Assembly (NCBI GenBank): GCA_963666365.2
Contig: CAXXNF010000002.1
Location: forward strand, 2,176,001 to 2,240,000
Length of the DNA stretch: 64,000 nt
DNA from: Syntrophales bacterium
GTDB lineage: Bacteria; Desulfobacterota; Syntrophia; Syntrophales; UBA2210
Direction of reading: 5' to 3'
Part shown: one piece after another, positions 38,371 to 48,741 of the stretch
Layout: each line of letters opens with the position of its first letter
How positions within the stretch are numbered: the stretch's first letter is position 1
The notes under the pieces: generated by a model
What the model was told of the DNA's origin: nothing
Databases searched by the model: none
What the model saw: only the letters and a program-made list of their open reading frames with translations
Position numbers and translations under genes: made by a program

Positions 38371-40971
38371 TTATCGATAGTTGTACATAATATTCCACAA
38401 TGCTATTTTTAATGTGCTTCCGTATGTTTCAAGCCATTCGGCCATTTCTGAAAACTCAATGATTTGAGAACGCTTTTCCTCTTCCTTCAATCCCTTGCCT
38501 ATATTACGTTCGGTCATGTAGGAAAAAAGCGCACGCCATTTCAAGCACGCCATATCTTCGATATGCACGCTTTTTTTGTTGTCGATTATCCATTTTTCCG
38601 CTTCAGCCATTTGTATAAATCCATTGATCCGATAGACCATTGCGTTATTTATCAGACCATTCTTGTGCCATTGCCATATTGTATTCTGTACAGCTTGTAG
38701 CTGCTCAAATTCATCCCATGTTACCGTTTCGTCAAAAATGGTCACTGAGTTTTTACCCTCACTTCTCTTCGATTTTTCCAGGGCGCTCTCCGCCGCCTCT
38801 GCGAGCGTGTCCAGGGGGGTATGAGGTTTGTGGAGGCTGATGCCTGCTGAAAAGTGTATCTCTTTATTTCCACACACATACTTCTCAAAAAATCGGCGAA
38901 GGTCTTTTGCAAGTTCAATTATGCGATTCCACGGACCTATAAGGAAAAGATCATCTCCGCCGGCAAATATCGTATACACGTCACTAAATCTGCCATCGGT
39001 CTGTAACAGATGAGGAAGATAAATAGTGAAAAAGAAATCCAACTGTCTGCTCATTGCTGCAAGACGCGATAAGGTAAAATGCTGTGGTGTCAATCCACAT
39101 GACATGAGTATACCCAGTTGGTCCACATCGGCCTTTAATGTTCCCAGGGCTTCAATACCGCACCAGCCTCCACCATCTTTTGGATTTAATGCTTTGTTTG
39201 CAATGTGCCCAAACGACTTGAGTCCATCAGTCTTCATCTGATCAATCAATTCTGCTTTCTTTTTTTCACTTTTCTTGCCTTCCAAGAGCCTGTCATCATT
39301 AAAATCTTTATCTCCGTAGACGGGCACATAGCCGTTGATGAATTTATTTGTTACTTCTTTTGCTACGTTCCCATCTGAATCGATTGAAATGTCCCAGTAT
39401 TTCAATAGCTGCCCCGACTTTGCCATGTCCTTCATTTTCCCGTCGGGGAAGAAAATCTGATATTTGCCAAAAAGAGGTTCAAGGAGTTTTTCTCCTTTTA
39501 TGTCTGCGTCGGCGGTCGCAACGGCGATGCGTTTTTCCTTTACAACATGCTGCCCTATGAAGATGGTGTCTCGACAGATGCGACAGGCGGACACCACCTC
39601 ACCGGTAAACCTCGATTGTTCTTGTTCCACTTCCCATACTGAAGGTCGCTTGCCGCAGAAAGGACAAAGTCTTTGTGTAAGATCGTTATTGAAGGCATTG
39701 AGATACCCCTTTACAGCACCTCCATATTTATCGAGATCGACCTTCTGAAATTTTTTTCTTTCCATTTTTTCATTGAGCGCATCCCAGAGGTCATAGAATT
39801 TTTTCTGAACAAAGTGCTCCGGTGATGCTTCCACAGTGGTCATGCCGATGGAATTTTCGCCGAAAGAGATTTTTATCAGCCAGTCATTCACGCTCCTTTC
39901 AACTTCGGCCACCGCATCTTTCACCCTTCTCGTATTCGGTGCAATTATGGTAAATTTCCCCGCTGCATTGAGAAGTACGGAGATCGACGGGATGCCTATG
40001 CGCCGACAGAGCATGTCGGCAGCCAATTCAGAAAATAACGATACTGTAAATGAACGGCCTCTCAGTATCTTTGCGCGGTTTTTTCCAGCCGCACCACTTT
40101 CACTGAAAATGAAATTCTGAATGCCGTAGAAGTCACCGCTGATGAGGAGAAACTTCCCTGCATCATACTCCTTGATGTAATCAATGCTAAAATCATCTCT
40201 ATCCCGATGATACTGATAGAGGGCAACAGCAAGCGCCGCCGTAATTTTTGAGTGATCGTAGAGGGAAACATCGGGTATCACTTTTCCTGCACGCGCGGCG
40301 GGAATGGTTGAAGTGAACACCATCATAAGGCTTGCGAAATGTTCAAACCAGAGTTCTATGTTTTCATCCTTGTGCAAAAGGCGCTCTAGGGCATAGATGA
40401 ACTCATCGAACAGATTTTTATATTCAGTAATTGCCGATTCATTGTCGTCGGAGCGCACATTTTTTTGAAGGTCGGGAAAGATATTTGTTGACGACATTTC
40501 TTTCAATGGATAACAATAGGAATGTACATTCGATGCACCGTTATCTCGCATCAAATTTTCAAAAATCGGCAACAGACGAGTTTTCTTATAATCCTGCCAT
40601 GCCACTGCATGATTGTATTCTTTATCAAAGCTATTCCTGTCCCAGCCGCTGCCTATTCGATCTGCCATTGCAATGATCCATTGAAGGGGTGTTGCCGGTT
40701 TATGATGTCCCGCCGCAAGATTGATAAATGTGTCCTCCATGCCCCAATTGGCCCGATTAAATTCCCGAGGCAGCAACTTTTCAATATGATCGATAAAGGC
40801 GGCGGTATATACGGCGTGGCGATGAGAATGATGTCCATTAAAATAGGGCTGGTAGAGATCTGCATTATCGATCAAAAACTGTTCTGAAATATTCCAGACG
40901 TCTTTATCGGCGAATTTGCCGATATCATGCATAAATGCAGCTATCGCAATCTTGAGGACTGTTTCGTCCAT
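38371..40971 (-). CDS. cas10: Cas10/Csm1 with intact HD and GGDD motifs
   Basis: AAFMHDIGK, GDFYGIQNFI, LRGRSF, KADVDQLG, FAGGDDLFLIG. Confidence 0.96.
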   Translation of the reverse strand: MDETVLKIAIAAFMHDIGKFADKDVWNISEQFLIDNADLYQPYFNGHHSHRHAVYTAAFIDHIEKLLPREFNRANWGMEDTFINLAAGHHKPATPLQWIIAMADRIGSGWDRNSFDKEYNHAVAWQDYKKTRLLPIFENLMRDNGASNVHSYCYPLKEMSSTNIFPDLQKNVRSDDNESAITEYKNLFDEFIYALERLLHKDENIELWFEHFASLMMVFTSTIPAARAGKVIPDVSLYDHSKITAALAVALYQYHRDRDDFSIDYIKEYDAGKFLLISGDFYGIQNFIFSESGAAGKNRAKILRGRSFTVSLFSELAADMLCRRIGIPSISVLLNAAGKFTIIAPNTRRVKDAVAEVERSVNDWLIKISFGENSIGMTTVEASPEHFVQKKFYDLWDALNEKMERKKFQKVDLDKYGGAVKGYLNAFNNDLTQRLCPFCGKRPSVWEVEQEQSRFTGEVVSACRICRDTIFIGQHVVKEKRIAVATADADIKGEKLLEPLFGKYQIFFPDGKMKDMAKSGQLLKYWDISIDSDGNVAKEVTNKFINGYVPVYGDKDFNDDRLLEGKKSEKKKAELIDQMKTDGLKSFGHIANKALNPKDGGGWCGIEALGTLKADVDQLGILMSCGLTPQHFTLSRLAAMSRQLDFFFTIYLPHLLQTDGRFSDVYTIFAGGDDLFLIGPWNRIIELAKDLRRFFEKYVCGNKEIHFSAGISLHKPHTPLDTLAEAAESALEKSKRSEGKNSVTIFDETVTWDEFEQLQAVQNTIWQWHKNGLINNAMVYRINGFIQMAEAEKWIIDNKKSVHIEDMACLKWRALFSYMTERNIGKGLKEEEKRSQIIEFSEMAEWLETYGSTLKIALWNIMYNYR

Positions 40972-41047
40972 TTTTTAGCATCCCCCTTCTTTGTTTCTTG
41001 TACATGCTATTAAACCGTTGCATTCCCCTTCAATTTTTGCAACGTGG

Positions 41048-42172
41048 CTAAAAGATCACCCGAATCTTTTCTTTGTCTATTTTCAGCCCGTATCTGGTAT
41101 CGGGCCGCTTGCCGGACGATTTGATTTCAAGGTCGTTGAGGGCGGATCTTCCGAAGGCCTTTTGCAGGGTCTCCTTGATTCTTGATTTGTAAGAGGTAAA
41201 GTTTGTAATGTCGATGGCGGTGATGCCCCCTTTTTTCATGGCCTTGAAATCACGATATGCCGCAATTCTTTTGTAGAGGTCGGCTATTTCACTACTGCGC
41301 TCCTCGACTTCCAGCGTGCCCAGATAGCATTCGGTGCAGCCTTTGCAGGTGCGGCGTTCTTTTTTGCACTGTTTCTTTTGAAGCGCAAAAAAAGCGTACA
41401 GGGCAAGTCGTGCCGGCATCATGTCCAGTTCTCTCTTCCTGTAGATGATCTTGGCTGCATCCAGGTCGATTATTAATTTTTCAGATTCTTCTTTTACCAG
41501 CGAGAGCATCAGCGTGGCGGGATCTTTCGGTTCTTTCAGCATCCCCTCGGACAGCTTGTCCCGTATGGAAACGAAGGGAATGGGAACGAGGGTAACGGCG
41601 GCGTATTTTGTCTCCTTTACATAGGGCGTTCCTCTGTCGTCTTTCAGCTCTATGGCTTGGGATTCGGGCGGAGGATAAAAGAAATCCCTGTTGCTCTCGT
41701 ATTCGGGTGATACCAGGACATGATACACGCGGTCCTGCGGCCTGCCGTAAAACTGGGCCGCCACCATAAGACAGGCACTCATGGTTTTTCTTCCGCCGGC
41801 AATGGAAAATAAGACCGCCGTATCCGGATCTTGTGTAAAACGGAATGTCAGGTCAAGGCAGGTTTCAAGAAGGCGCTCGTTTTCTTCTTCGCCTTCGATA
41901 TCGTCGATCTCTATGCCGTTTATATCGGTGACGGTGTGGATTTGATCGAAATCAAAGGCTATGGTGCGCGGATCGATGCCGTAATCGTTAAGATATCGCC
42001 GATACTGTCCGTCCGCCGGAGAGAGAAGATGGGCGTTGATCATCTCCTTTCCCCTGCGGGTCGTGATCACGTGAATGGCATCGATGCGCCGCTGTTCCTG
42101 GTGAAGGGCGTACAACGTTTCAGTAATCACCTGGGGTGTCATACCGGATACGGCAAGAAGAATCGCTTTCAT
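41048..42172 (-). CDS. Cas_NE0113 (TIGR02584) CARF protein, putative ring nuclease, with Cys-rich wHTH-like tail
   Basis: ILLAVSGMTPQVITETLYAL, SIAGGRKTMS, YHVLV..YES; tail CKK..TCKGCTEC...TRYGL. Confidence 0.85.
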   Translation of the reverse strand: MKAILLAVSGMTPQVITETLYALHQEQRRIDAIHVITTRRGKEMINAHLLSPADGQYRRYLNDYGIDPRTIAFDFDQIHTVTDINGIEIDDIEGEEENERLLETCLDLTFRFTQDPDTAVLFSIAGGRKTMSACLMVAAQFYGRPQDRVYHVLVSPEYESNRDFFYPPPESQAIELKDDRGTPYVKETKYAAVTLVPIPFVSIRDKLSEGMLKEPKDPATLMLSLVKEESEKLIIDLDAAKIIYRKRELDMMPARLALYAFFALQKKQCKKERRTCKGCTECYLGTLEVEERSSEIADLYKRIAAYRDFKAMKKGGITAIDITNFTSYKSRIKETLQKAFGRSALNDLEIKSSGKRPDTRYGLKIDKEKIRVIF

Positions 42173-43122
42173 GTGTCCTCTCTTGAAATGCGCAGTTTTC
42201 CCAGACCGAAGGTGGTCTGCTTCCCCAGGTGCACTAATTCGGCAATTCGAAGGAGGGGCAGAAATTCGGCGAGTGCGCCGCTGTATCCTATCGCACCGCT
42301 TATGCCTCCCATAAACATCGCCTGATCCTGCTTGTTCGAATAGCGCCGCCAGTCGGTCCACTCAATCTCATCCAGTGAAACACAAACTTCTTCGGCCCTT
42401 TTAGCAAGGCCGCGATAGTCAAGAGAAGGCTCTCCTGTGCCGTATGAATCAAAAAGCGACGAAATCCGGCGCAAGGCCGCACGGATCAGTACATGGAAGG
42501 GCAGCCGGGATTCCAGCCTGTTGTCAAACTTGAGACGCAGCGGCGTTTCCAGGATCAGCTCAATGCGGTTAGTGGAGCTGTCATCTGCTTTTTGAAAATC
42601 TTCCAGGTGAAGGAATCGGGAGAACGCACCCTCGGCGATTTTCTGCTCCTGCCGCGTATATATAGTGCGGCTGTCTTCGGCGTGCACGGCAGCCAGTTCA
42701 AAACCGGGGCGTTTTCCATTTATTTTTTTGCCGATGCCGATATTCCCCATCTGTTCAATGGCGTAGATAAAATAGGGCAGATAGTCGTTGCTTTCACCGA
42801 AGAGAACAAGCGAGAAATCGAATGATTCACTTTGCTTGTAGATTCGTTTTGTGTCGAGATCCGGCTCGATCACATAGGGGTGGGGCGGTGAGACGATTCG
42901 TTTCCTGGCGCCATCCGGAAAATCGAAAGGCGGAACTTCAAAGGTGAGTGAATAGATGCATTTCTTTCTTAACAGACAGGTTTCGCAGTCCTGCCGTTTC
43001 AGGGCGCAGACCACTTGCTTGAGGGCAACGCCGAAAACGCCTCTGAATGTGGACCCCTTGTAGGGGGGCAGCAGCGCTTCGCTTTTTACTACGCAACAAA
43101 ACCGATATTTTCCGTAACGCAT
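42169..43122 (-). CDS. cas6: CRISPR endoribonuclease Cas6
   Basis: YKGSTFRGVFG, CxxCxxxxxCxY, ETPLRLK, HLGKQTTFGLG. Confidence 0.93.
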   Translation of the reverse strand: MRYGKYRFCCVVKSEALLPPYKGSTFRGVFGVALKQVVCALKRQDCETCLLRKKCIYSLTFEVPPFDFPDGARKRIVSPPHPYVIEPDLDTKRIYKQSESFDFSLVLFGESNDYLPYFIYAIEQMGNIGIGKKINGKRPGFELAAVHAEDSRTIYTRQEQKIAEGAFSRFLHLEDFQKADDSSTNRIELILETPLRLKFDNRLESRLPFHVLIRAALRRISSLFDSYGTGEPSLDYRGLAKRAEEVCVSLDEIEWTDWRRYSNKQDQAMFMGGISGAIGYSGALAEFLPLLRIAELVHLGKQTTFGLGKLRISREDT

Positions 43123-43544
43123 GATGTTTCGCTCCTTCTTTAAAGACAGCTTGAGTCTTCGGGATAACAAGGAACTCTAACAAACACAAAAGAAGCAACG
43201 TTGCAGCAACTACTTTCAGTAATTTATCCCTGAATGTGCGATGTTTTCGCGAAAAGCACATGCCATACTGCGTAACGATAAAAAGAACCTAACTATGCCA
43301 CCATTAAAAACATGACGGTTATCAGTATTGATCGTTTGTTGGAAGGAGGGCGTGGCGATGAGAAAGAGAAGTAGGTTTCGGGATGACCATTCACCCTCTT
43401 CAAGTTCCATATTTTATATACTGTGCTGCATATTTGTGCAAGGTTAATGAAGAAAAATTTATGAAGGCGTGTTTTTGGGCACTTTACCAACGGGTTTCAT
43501 TCTCCAATGTATTTACATTTTCAAACATACAAACGAAAATTCCA

Positions 43545-43849
43545 TATGCCCATAATGAGAAGAAAAAGAACAGGGTGATGAAAATTTATTATCATCCTTA
43601 CAGTGAAAGACTTACCAATGTAGTAGAGGAAGAACTGAAAAGGAATGGATCAGCCCTCATAATTGATTGTCACAGTTCTCCTTCAGTACCGTTGCTTATG
43701 AGATAGATCAGAATCCTGAAAGGCCAGCTATCTGCATTGGAACCGATACCGTTCACTCTATGCCTGAACTTGTTGATACCATCATATCAAGGGTAAAAAA
43801 CCATCATCTATTCACTGAAATCAATAGACCCTTTGCCATTACCATATAG
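43545..43849 (+). pseudogene. N-formylglutamate amidohydrolase-like fragment, frameshifted
   Basis: YYHPY...LIIDCHSSPS / RPAICIGTD...NRPFA split across two frames; N-terminus missing. Confidence 0.6.
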
Positions 43850-44023
43850 AAATACATCGCAAACTGTACATGAATGAAAATACTGGTCAGAAATCTGGAA
43901 ATTACAATGAGATAAAGGTAAAATTGGAATATCTGACAGACGGACGGATTACATTTTGCAATGGCAGATAATTGAAAACCTTGCTCATGCGAAAAATTAC
44001 CAGTGATCATGGGAGGAAAGAAT

Positions 44024-44563
44024 ATGACCTTTAAATTCAAATCTGCATCAGAGAATGAATATATTGTGTATGGAGCCCAAAGACCGGGTTATCCCTCGCG
44101 ATCAGTGAATAATGAGAGTGTTCAGGATTGGATTTCCTTCATGAAGGGAAACAAAATAAAGAGGATCTGTTGCCTTCTCGAAGAAAAACAACTCAATTAT
44201 TACAGTGATGATTTGCTTGACACCTATAAGAAAGAATTTGGCAACAACAACATTTGCTGGGTACCAGTGGTGGACTATCATTTGGCAGATATAAGCACTT
44301 TGAAAGAGAAGATTCTTCCTTTTCTAGGAGATTCAGATGCCAAACAGGAACGAGTGGTTGTACATTGTTCAGGTGGAAGTGGAAGAACAGGTCATGTTCT
44401 TGCTGCATGGCTGGTATATGGTAGGGGATTTGAGGTTGAAGATGCTCTTTCAGAAGTGAATAAAAGGGAGAGAGATCCCAGGGAAGCAGTAAATTGTGGA
44501 AATGCAACTGAGAACCAGTTATACGAACTATTAAATAAGTGCAGGATTAATAGGCAGGATTGA
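44024..44563 (+). CDS. dual-specificity/tyrosine phosphatase
   Basis: VHCSGGSGRTG (HCx5R), PVVDY acid loop; GGAGG RBS. Confidence 0.92.
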   Translation: MTFKFKSASENEYIVYGAQRPGYPSRSVNNESVQDWISFMKGNKIKRICCLLEEKQLNYYSDDLLDTYKKEFGNNNICWVPVVDYHLADISTLKEKILPFLGDSDAKQERVVVHCSGGSGRTGHVLAAWLVYGRGFEVEDALSEVNKRERDPREAVNCGNATENQLYELLNKCRINRQD

Positions 44564-44628
44564 GAATCCGAAACTGGCAAACCTTATCAGTTCAGCATTC
44601 TTTCTGCCCCTTCAAAGGGGGAGTTATT

Positions 44629-46119
44629 TTATAATGTAATCATCTCTCTCAATCTATCCACAATCCGAACCATTCCCATTGTATCTAATTTGCAGTATTC
44701 CAAGAGCGCTTTTCTAATACCATCAACTTCCTTTGGGTCTAATGATTGATTCATTTTATCATATGCCACCATTGCCATGCCACCTTCACTGATTTCCATG
44801 TTGCTGTAGTTCAAATCAGGGACAAGGGCTGGTAAAACATATTTGATGGAATAGGAACCACACATTTCCCAGAAATAGCAGTCCCTGTTTCTGAAGGGAA
44901 TCATGAGATCCATCATATTGCCGATTATAGCTTCCATTTTTCCTGAATATTTGGGAAACCATTCTGCAAGATCTCGTAATCGTCCAGATTCAAAGGATCT
45001 GTTGTAGACAATAACGCAGGCATTATCAGGTATTTCTTCCGTGAGACGTTTTGCAATAATTTCCCTTGGATCGGTATTAGGAAAAGCCAGAAACTCCCGA
45101 TGTAAAAGCTCTCCTCTCTCATATTCCTGATAATGCAATGAGTATTGAAAAGGGACTTGCTGATAGGGTCTCAGTCCGTCAAAAGGTGGAATGGCCATCA
45201 TAAAGGTTTCAAAATCAAGATAACAGAGGGGATACCAGAGCGATTCCAGGAAGTGCCTGATTTTATCCGTATCAATATGATGCCTCTTTTGCAGCGTATA
45301 TTCCAATTGCATGTGCTGCTTAACATTCAGAATATCAGGGGGGATCTCCTCCATGTGAATGATGCCCTGATTGTAAAGATCGAATTTATTTACTCCCTTT
45401 CCACGAAGACTGAAGACGGAATTTTCGGGTATATGACTCCAGCAGTGGCCTTTGAAATCACACCCATATGGATTGTCACAGTATGGACCAATATCGATAT
45501 CAGGCATTTTCCCTGAAAGCATATCCTGCTGGTTTCGAATCTCATCAGCCACAAACTGCTGTTTTGCTATAATATCTTTGGTTACGTCTTTGACAGTAAA
45601 AAGCTCATAAACATCGATTGCGCCATTTCTTACATATTGATTATTTATGTGAACGAGAAAGACTTTCGAAACAGGAAGGCCTGCAGCAGTCATAACATAG
45701 TACTGAAAGGCAACATCATGATAATAGATCTCTTCCATCTTTGTTGAAGCTTTCACTTCATAGATTTCCCAACCCTGATCACCTTTTCGAAGTATGTCAA
45801 CCTTGCAAAAGAGACCCCGATAGCTAAAAGCGGCTTCATAGATAATTGTAGTTCCATTTGTTATTTCTGCATGGGTCTGCCGGATCTGATTTGCCAGTGG
45901 ATTATTGTCATACGTAATTTCTATTCCTCCGGGGAATAGATTCCGGGCCATGATTCCAACATCCTTCCCACTTTGAAAAACAGCTTCCTGGCTTTCGGAA
46001 ATTTCATCTCTCAGTTCAGGTTGATATTTGTGAAGATATAATGATTTGTGACATTGGACGCCTTTAATGAACTGGCTTTTACTTAGATAAAGGATTTTGC
46101 TGTTTTGTGTCGCAGGCAT
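44629..46119 (-). CDS. DUF2779 protein (PD-(D/E)xK plus RNase H-like domains)
   Basis: LSKSQF..G.QC, DIL...EVKAST, CxxPYxC.F..HC, YLDFET, PFQYSLH, SYSIKYVLP, YCKLDT. Confidence 0.85.
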   Translation of the reverse strand: MPATQNSKILYLSKSQFIKGVQCHKSLYLHKYQPELRDEISESQEAVFQSGKDVGIMARNLFPGGIEITYDNNPLANQIRQTHAEITNGTTIIYEAAFSYRGLFCKVDILRKGDQGWEIYEVKASTKMEEIYYHDVAFQYYVMTAAGLPVSKVFLVHINNQYVRNGAIDVYELFTVKDVTKDIIAKQQFVADEIRNQQDMLSGKMPDIDIGPYCDNPYGCDFKGHCWSHIPENSVFSLRGKGVNKFDLYNQGIIHMEEIPPDILNVKQHMQLEYTLQKRHHIDTDKIRHFLESLWYPLCYLDFETFMMAIPPFDGLRPYQQVPFQYSLHYQEYERGELLHREFLAFPNTDPREIIAKRLTEEIPDNACVIVYNRSFESGRLRDLAEWFPKYSGKMEAIIGNMMDLMIPFRNRDCYFWEMCGSYSIKYVLPALVPDLNYSNMEISEGGMAMVAYDKMNQSLDPKEVDGIRKALLEYCKLDTMGMVRIVDRLREMITL

Positions 46120-46219
46120 TCTCCCACCTAGAGATACATCTTAAATTCGGATTTTTTTGATGGTATGTCTATGCCGATTCCAATAGGACTTCAAAATATT
46201 CGAGATTCTTTTTTGCCCC

Positions 46220-46390
46220 TTAATACTGTTGTGGGGCCATGAAATCCTGGAATTCTGAATAGAACTTATCAACCAGATTCCTGTAATCCTGCATTGCCAA
46301 CACTACTTCCACCGCATCGGAACTTTCCAGTCGTTGCTCAATATATCTCAAGTTACGGAATATGGAAAAGATCCGATTAGGTGGTTCCAT
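46220..46390 (-). CDS. 56-aa small protein (below ORF-track cutoff)
   Basis: GGAG RBS; MEPPNRIFSIFRNLRYIEQRLESS...; fills the gap in a co-directional run. Confidence 0.4.
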   Translation of the reverse strand: MEPPNRIFSIFRNLRYIEQRLESSDAVEVVLAMQDYRNLVDKFYSEFQDFMAPQQY

Positions 46391-46402
46391 TTATGTCTCC
46401 GA

Positions 46403-46567
46403 TTACTTCATCGATTTTCTTATCCTCAGGATTTCTTCCAGAAGTTCCTCTTTCGTGATGATCCCCTTCTGATCAAGGAGATTGACCAGTGCTTCCGTCT
46501 GGATCACTTCCGAGACAAGGAGTTCCTTGAAGTCCACAGTTTCTTTTTTATTGAGTTTTTCTGCCAT
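46403..46567 (-). CDS. small hypothetical protein
   Basis: EALVNLLDQKGIITKEELLEEI motif; AGAGG RBS. Confidence 0.6.
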   Translation of the reverse strand: MAEKLNKKETVDFKELLVSEVIQTEALVNLLDQKGIITKEELLEEILRIRKSMK

Positions 46568-46605
46568 TAGGGTCCCTCTTTGAATGGGATCATACAAGGT
46601 TATTT

Positions 46606-47442
46606 CTATTGGAAGTGTGCTTCAATCCATGACCTGTCTATTGCATTTTCAATCTTGTCTTCAAAGTCATCGGGAAGATCTCTCAAGAAATCAAGGCCGA
46701 TTCTTGCTTCGATATCGTCAATGGTGCAGAGATGGTCAATCACTCTGTCATTTCTGGGAGTGTTCTGATCGAATATAAAACTTGCCGTTCTTATGGAATT
46801 GTAGTCCTTCTCAGGCTGTATAACGATTATCTTCCAGTACCCTGATGGGACTTTGTGGGGTTCATCTGCTTCCGGTAATGGAGCAGTTTCTTTTTCATAT
46901 AAAGGTCCTGTCATGACATAGACAACATTACCTGCATTTACCAGTTCCCGTTCCATGTCTTCCAGTATACGCCAGGGGCCTTGATTGAGATCCGATTTCT
47001 GGGGTGTGATATTGGAAAGGTAGTTCGTTTCAGACCAGGAGGCAGTTCCCTTGAATGATGCCAATGGTGCCTGATGACCTCTATCGACCTTGAGCGCAGC
47101 ATAAGCACTTTTGTAATCCGAAGGTTCGAGAGTCTCCTTTTCATCAAGCCATGGATCAGCCTGCCATTTTCTGGTGGTCTTCACATCACCCATGATGGTT
47201 TGTTTATCGATACGATAGACTACCCAGTCTGCAAATTTGGTATCATCGTTTGATGAGAGGGCATAGTTGTCTCTGATGATAAGATCATTGCTGAATGGGG
47301 TGCCGGTGGGATATCCATAGATGAAGTGTTTGCAATGAATCTCAGGATAGTCAGCAGCATGGCTGACGGGAAAAAGGGAGAAAACGAGAATGAAAATTAA
47401 CAGAATCGTATGAAGTATTAGAGGAAGAGGTTTCTTCGGCAT
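46606..47442 (-). CDS. secreted DNA/RNA non-specific endonuclease (NucA-like)
   Basis: Signal peptide; DRGHQAP, NITPQ..LNQGPW..LE. Confidence 0.92.
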   Translation of the reverse strand: MPKKPLPLILHTILLIFILVFSLFPVSHAADYPEIHCKHFIYGYPTGTPFSNDLIIRDNYALSSNDDTKFADWVVYRIDKQTIMGDVKTTRKWQADPWLDEKETLEPSDYKSAYAALKVDRGHQAPLASFKGTASWSETNYLSNITPQKSDLNQGPWRILEDMERELVNAGNVVYVMTGPLYEKETAPLPEADEPHKVPSGYWKIIVIQPEKDYNSIRTASFIFDQNTPRNDRVIDHLCTIDDIEARIGLDFLRDLPDDFEDKIENAIDRSWIEAHFQ

Positions 47443-47602
47443 CGGGTTTCGGGATTCTTTTTTTTTTGAGTGTATCCCTTTTCAGGCGTGACTTCAAAAG
47501 ATTTTCTCTGTTTACTGTTGATTTAAAGGAGTAATTATCTCATAGTGATTTTCCTTCATATCAGATTTGAGCAACACCATTTTTTGATAAAGGATTATTC
47601 TT

Positions 47603-47953
47603 ATGTGGCTCATGACAAAATACGGCTTTTACTCGATCGTTCAAAAACAGCTTGGTGAATTCCATGTAAGGGCAAGAGAAAGAAAGGACCTGGAAAACCT
47701 GGTTCAGGAAATTCCTTTATCAGATGCAGAGATCCTGGAAAGCAAAACCACTGACTATGCCTATCGAATAATTGTGAAAAAAGAGGATGTGTTGGCCATA
47801 TTGCATTTTCTTGGGGAAAATCTTGACTACGATAACTTTAAAGACAAGATTGACAGGACTCCAGATCAGAAGCATAAGCCCTATCATAAAGTCTGGGGTG
47901 TCATAGCTGACGTCTTGGGAGCATATGGGTCAAAACCAAAGTGGCAAAGATAA
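47603..47953 (+). CDS. conserved hypothetical protein
   Basis: MWLMTKYGFYSIV...VRAR...DYAYR...DYDNFK. Confidence 0.7.
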   Translation: MWLMTKYGFYSIVQKQLGEFHVRARERKDLENLVQEIPLSDAEILESKTTDYAYRIIVKKEDVLAILHFLGENLDYDNFKDKIDRTPDQKHKPYHKVWGVIADVLGAYGSKPKWQR

Positions 47954-48015
47954 ACATAATCGGAGGAATCTGATTTTCTATTCATGCTGATATGGAATCT
48001 GAGATTCAACGTAAT

Positions 48016-48741
48016 ATGAAAATCCTGACTTGGAATTTGAATCACAGGACTAGGTCGAGAACAGTTCCACCACAAATAACAACCGTAATAAAAGATCTGG
48101 GAGCAGATTTTGCTGTTTTTACGGAATATGTAGAAGGCAAATCCCACAAAGATTTTATTCGTGAATTAGAAGACATCGGACTTCCTCATGTTATTAGTAC
48201 AAACCATATAGAGGGAGAAAATCAGGTCCTCATTGCTTCCAGACACCGCATAAGAAATGGAAATATCAATCCTCCTGCAATCGCCCCTTCTGTTCCGTCC
48301 AATATGCTGCATGTCATCTGTGAAGATAAAGGATTTGAAATTCTTGGTCTCAGGATACCTGATTATAGTAGACAGCCCTCTCTCCGTTACAAGTGCTGGG
48401 AATGGATACTTGAATGTGCTGAATCTGTGAAATCTCATCCCTTTATTATGATAGGGGACTTCAATACAGATCCCACATATCCCAGTTCAAAATGTGGAGA
48501 TAGAATAAAGGATATGGTTCACTCAGGCTGGCATCATGCAATGCCCCCAAATGGTTCAAGTTACCAAGGACCCACTGGATTTGAAAAAAGACTTGATCAT
48601 GGATTCTTTACCGAACATTTTAAAATTCAAGCAGCCGAATATGTGAGGAAAGTAAATGGGATTACTCTGATGGGAGAAAAGGGAGCTTTATCGGATCATG
48701 CTGCTCTTCTCATTGAATTTTCGTTGAGAGATCTGAGTTAA
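48016..48741 (+). CDS. endonuclease/exonuclease/phosphatase (EEP) family protein
   Basis: MKILTWNLN, GDFN, RLDH, SDH motifs. Confidence 0.9.
   Translation: MKILTWNLNHRTRSRTVPPQITTVIKDLGADFAVFTEYVEGKSHKDFIRELEDIGLPHVISTNHIEGENQVLIASRHRIRNGNINPPAIAPSVPSNMLHVICEDKGFEILGLRIPDYSRQPSLRYKCWEWILECAESVKSHPFIMIGDFNTDPTYPSSKCGDRIKDMVHSGWHHAMPPNGSSYQGPTGFEKRLDHGFFTEHFKIQAAEYVRKVNGITLMGEKGALSDHAALLIEFSLRDLS

Noticed and set aside
29993..43122. RT-Cas1 fusion, CRISPR-associated transposon or type III-E/Craspase
   Set aside because: No RT (YADD), TnsB/TnsC/TniQ, fused gRAMP or CHAT protease motifs seen; the layout is canonical III-A
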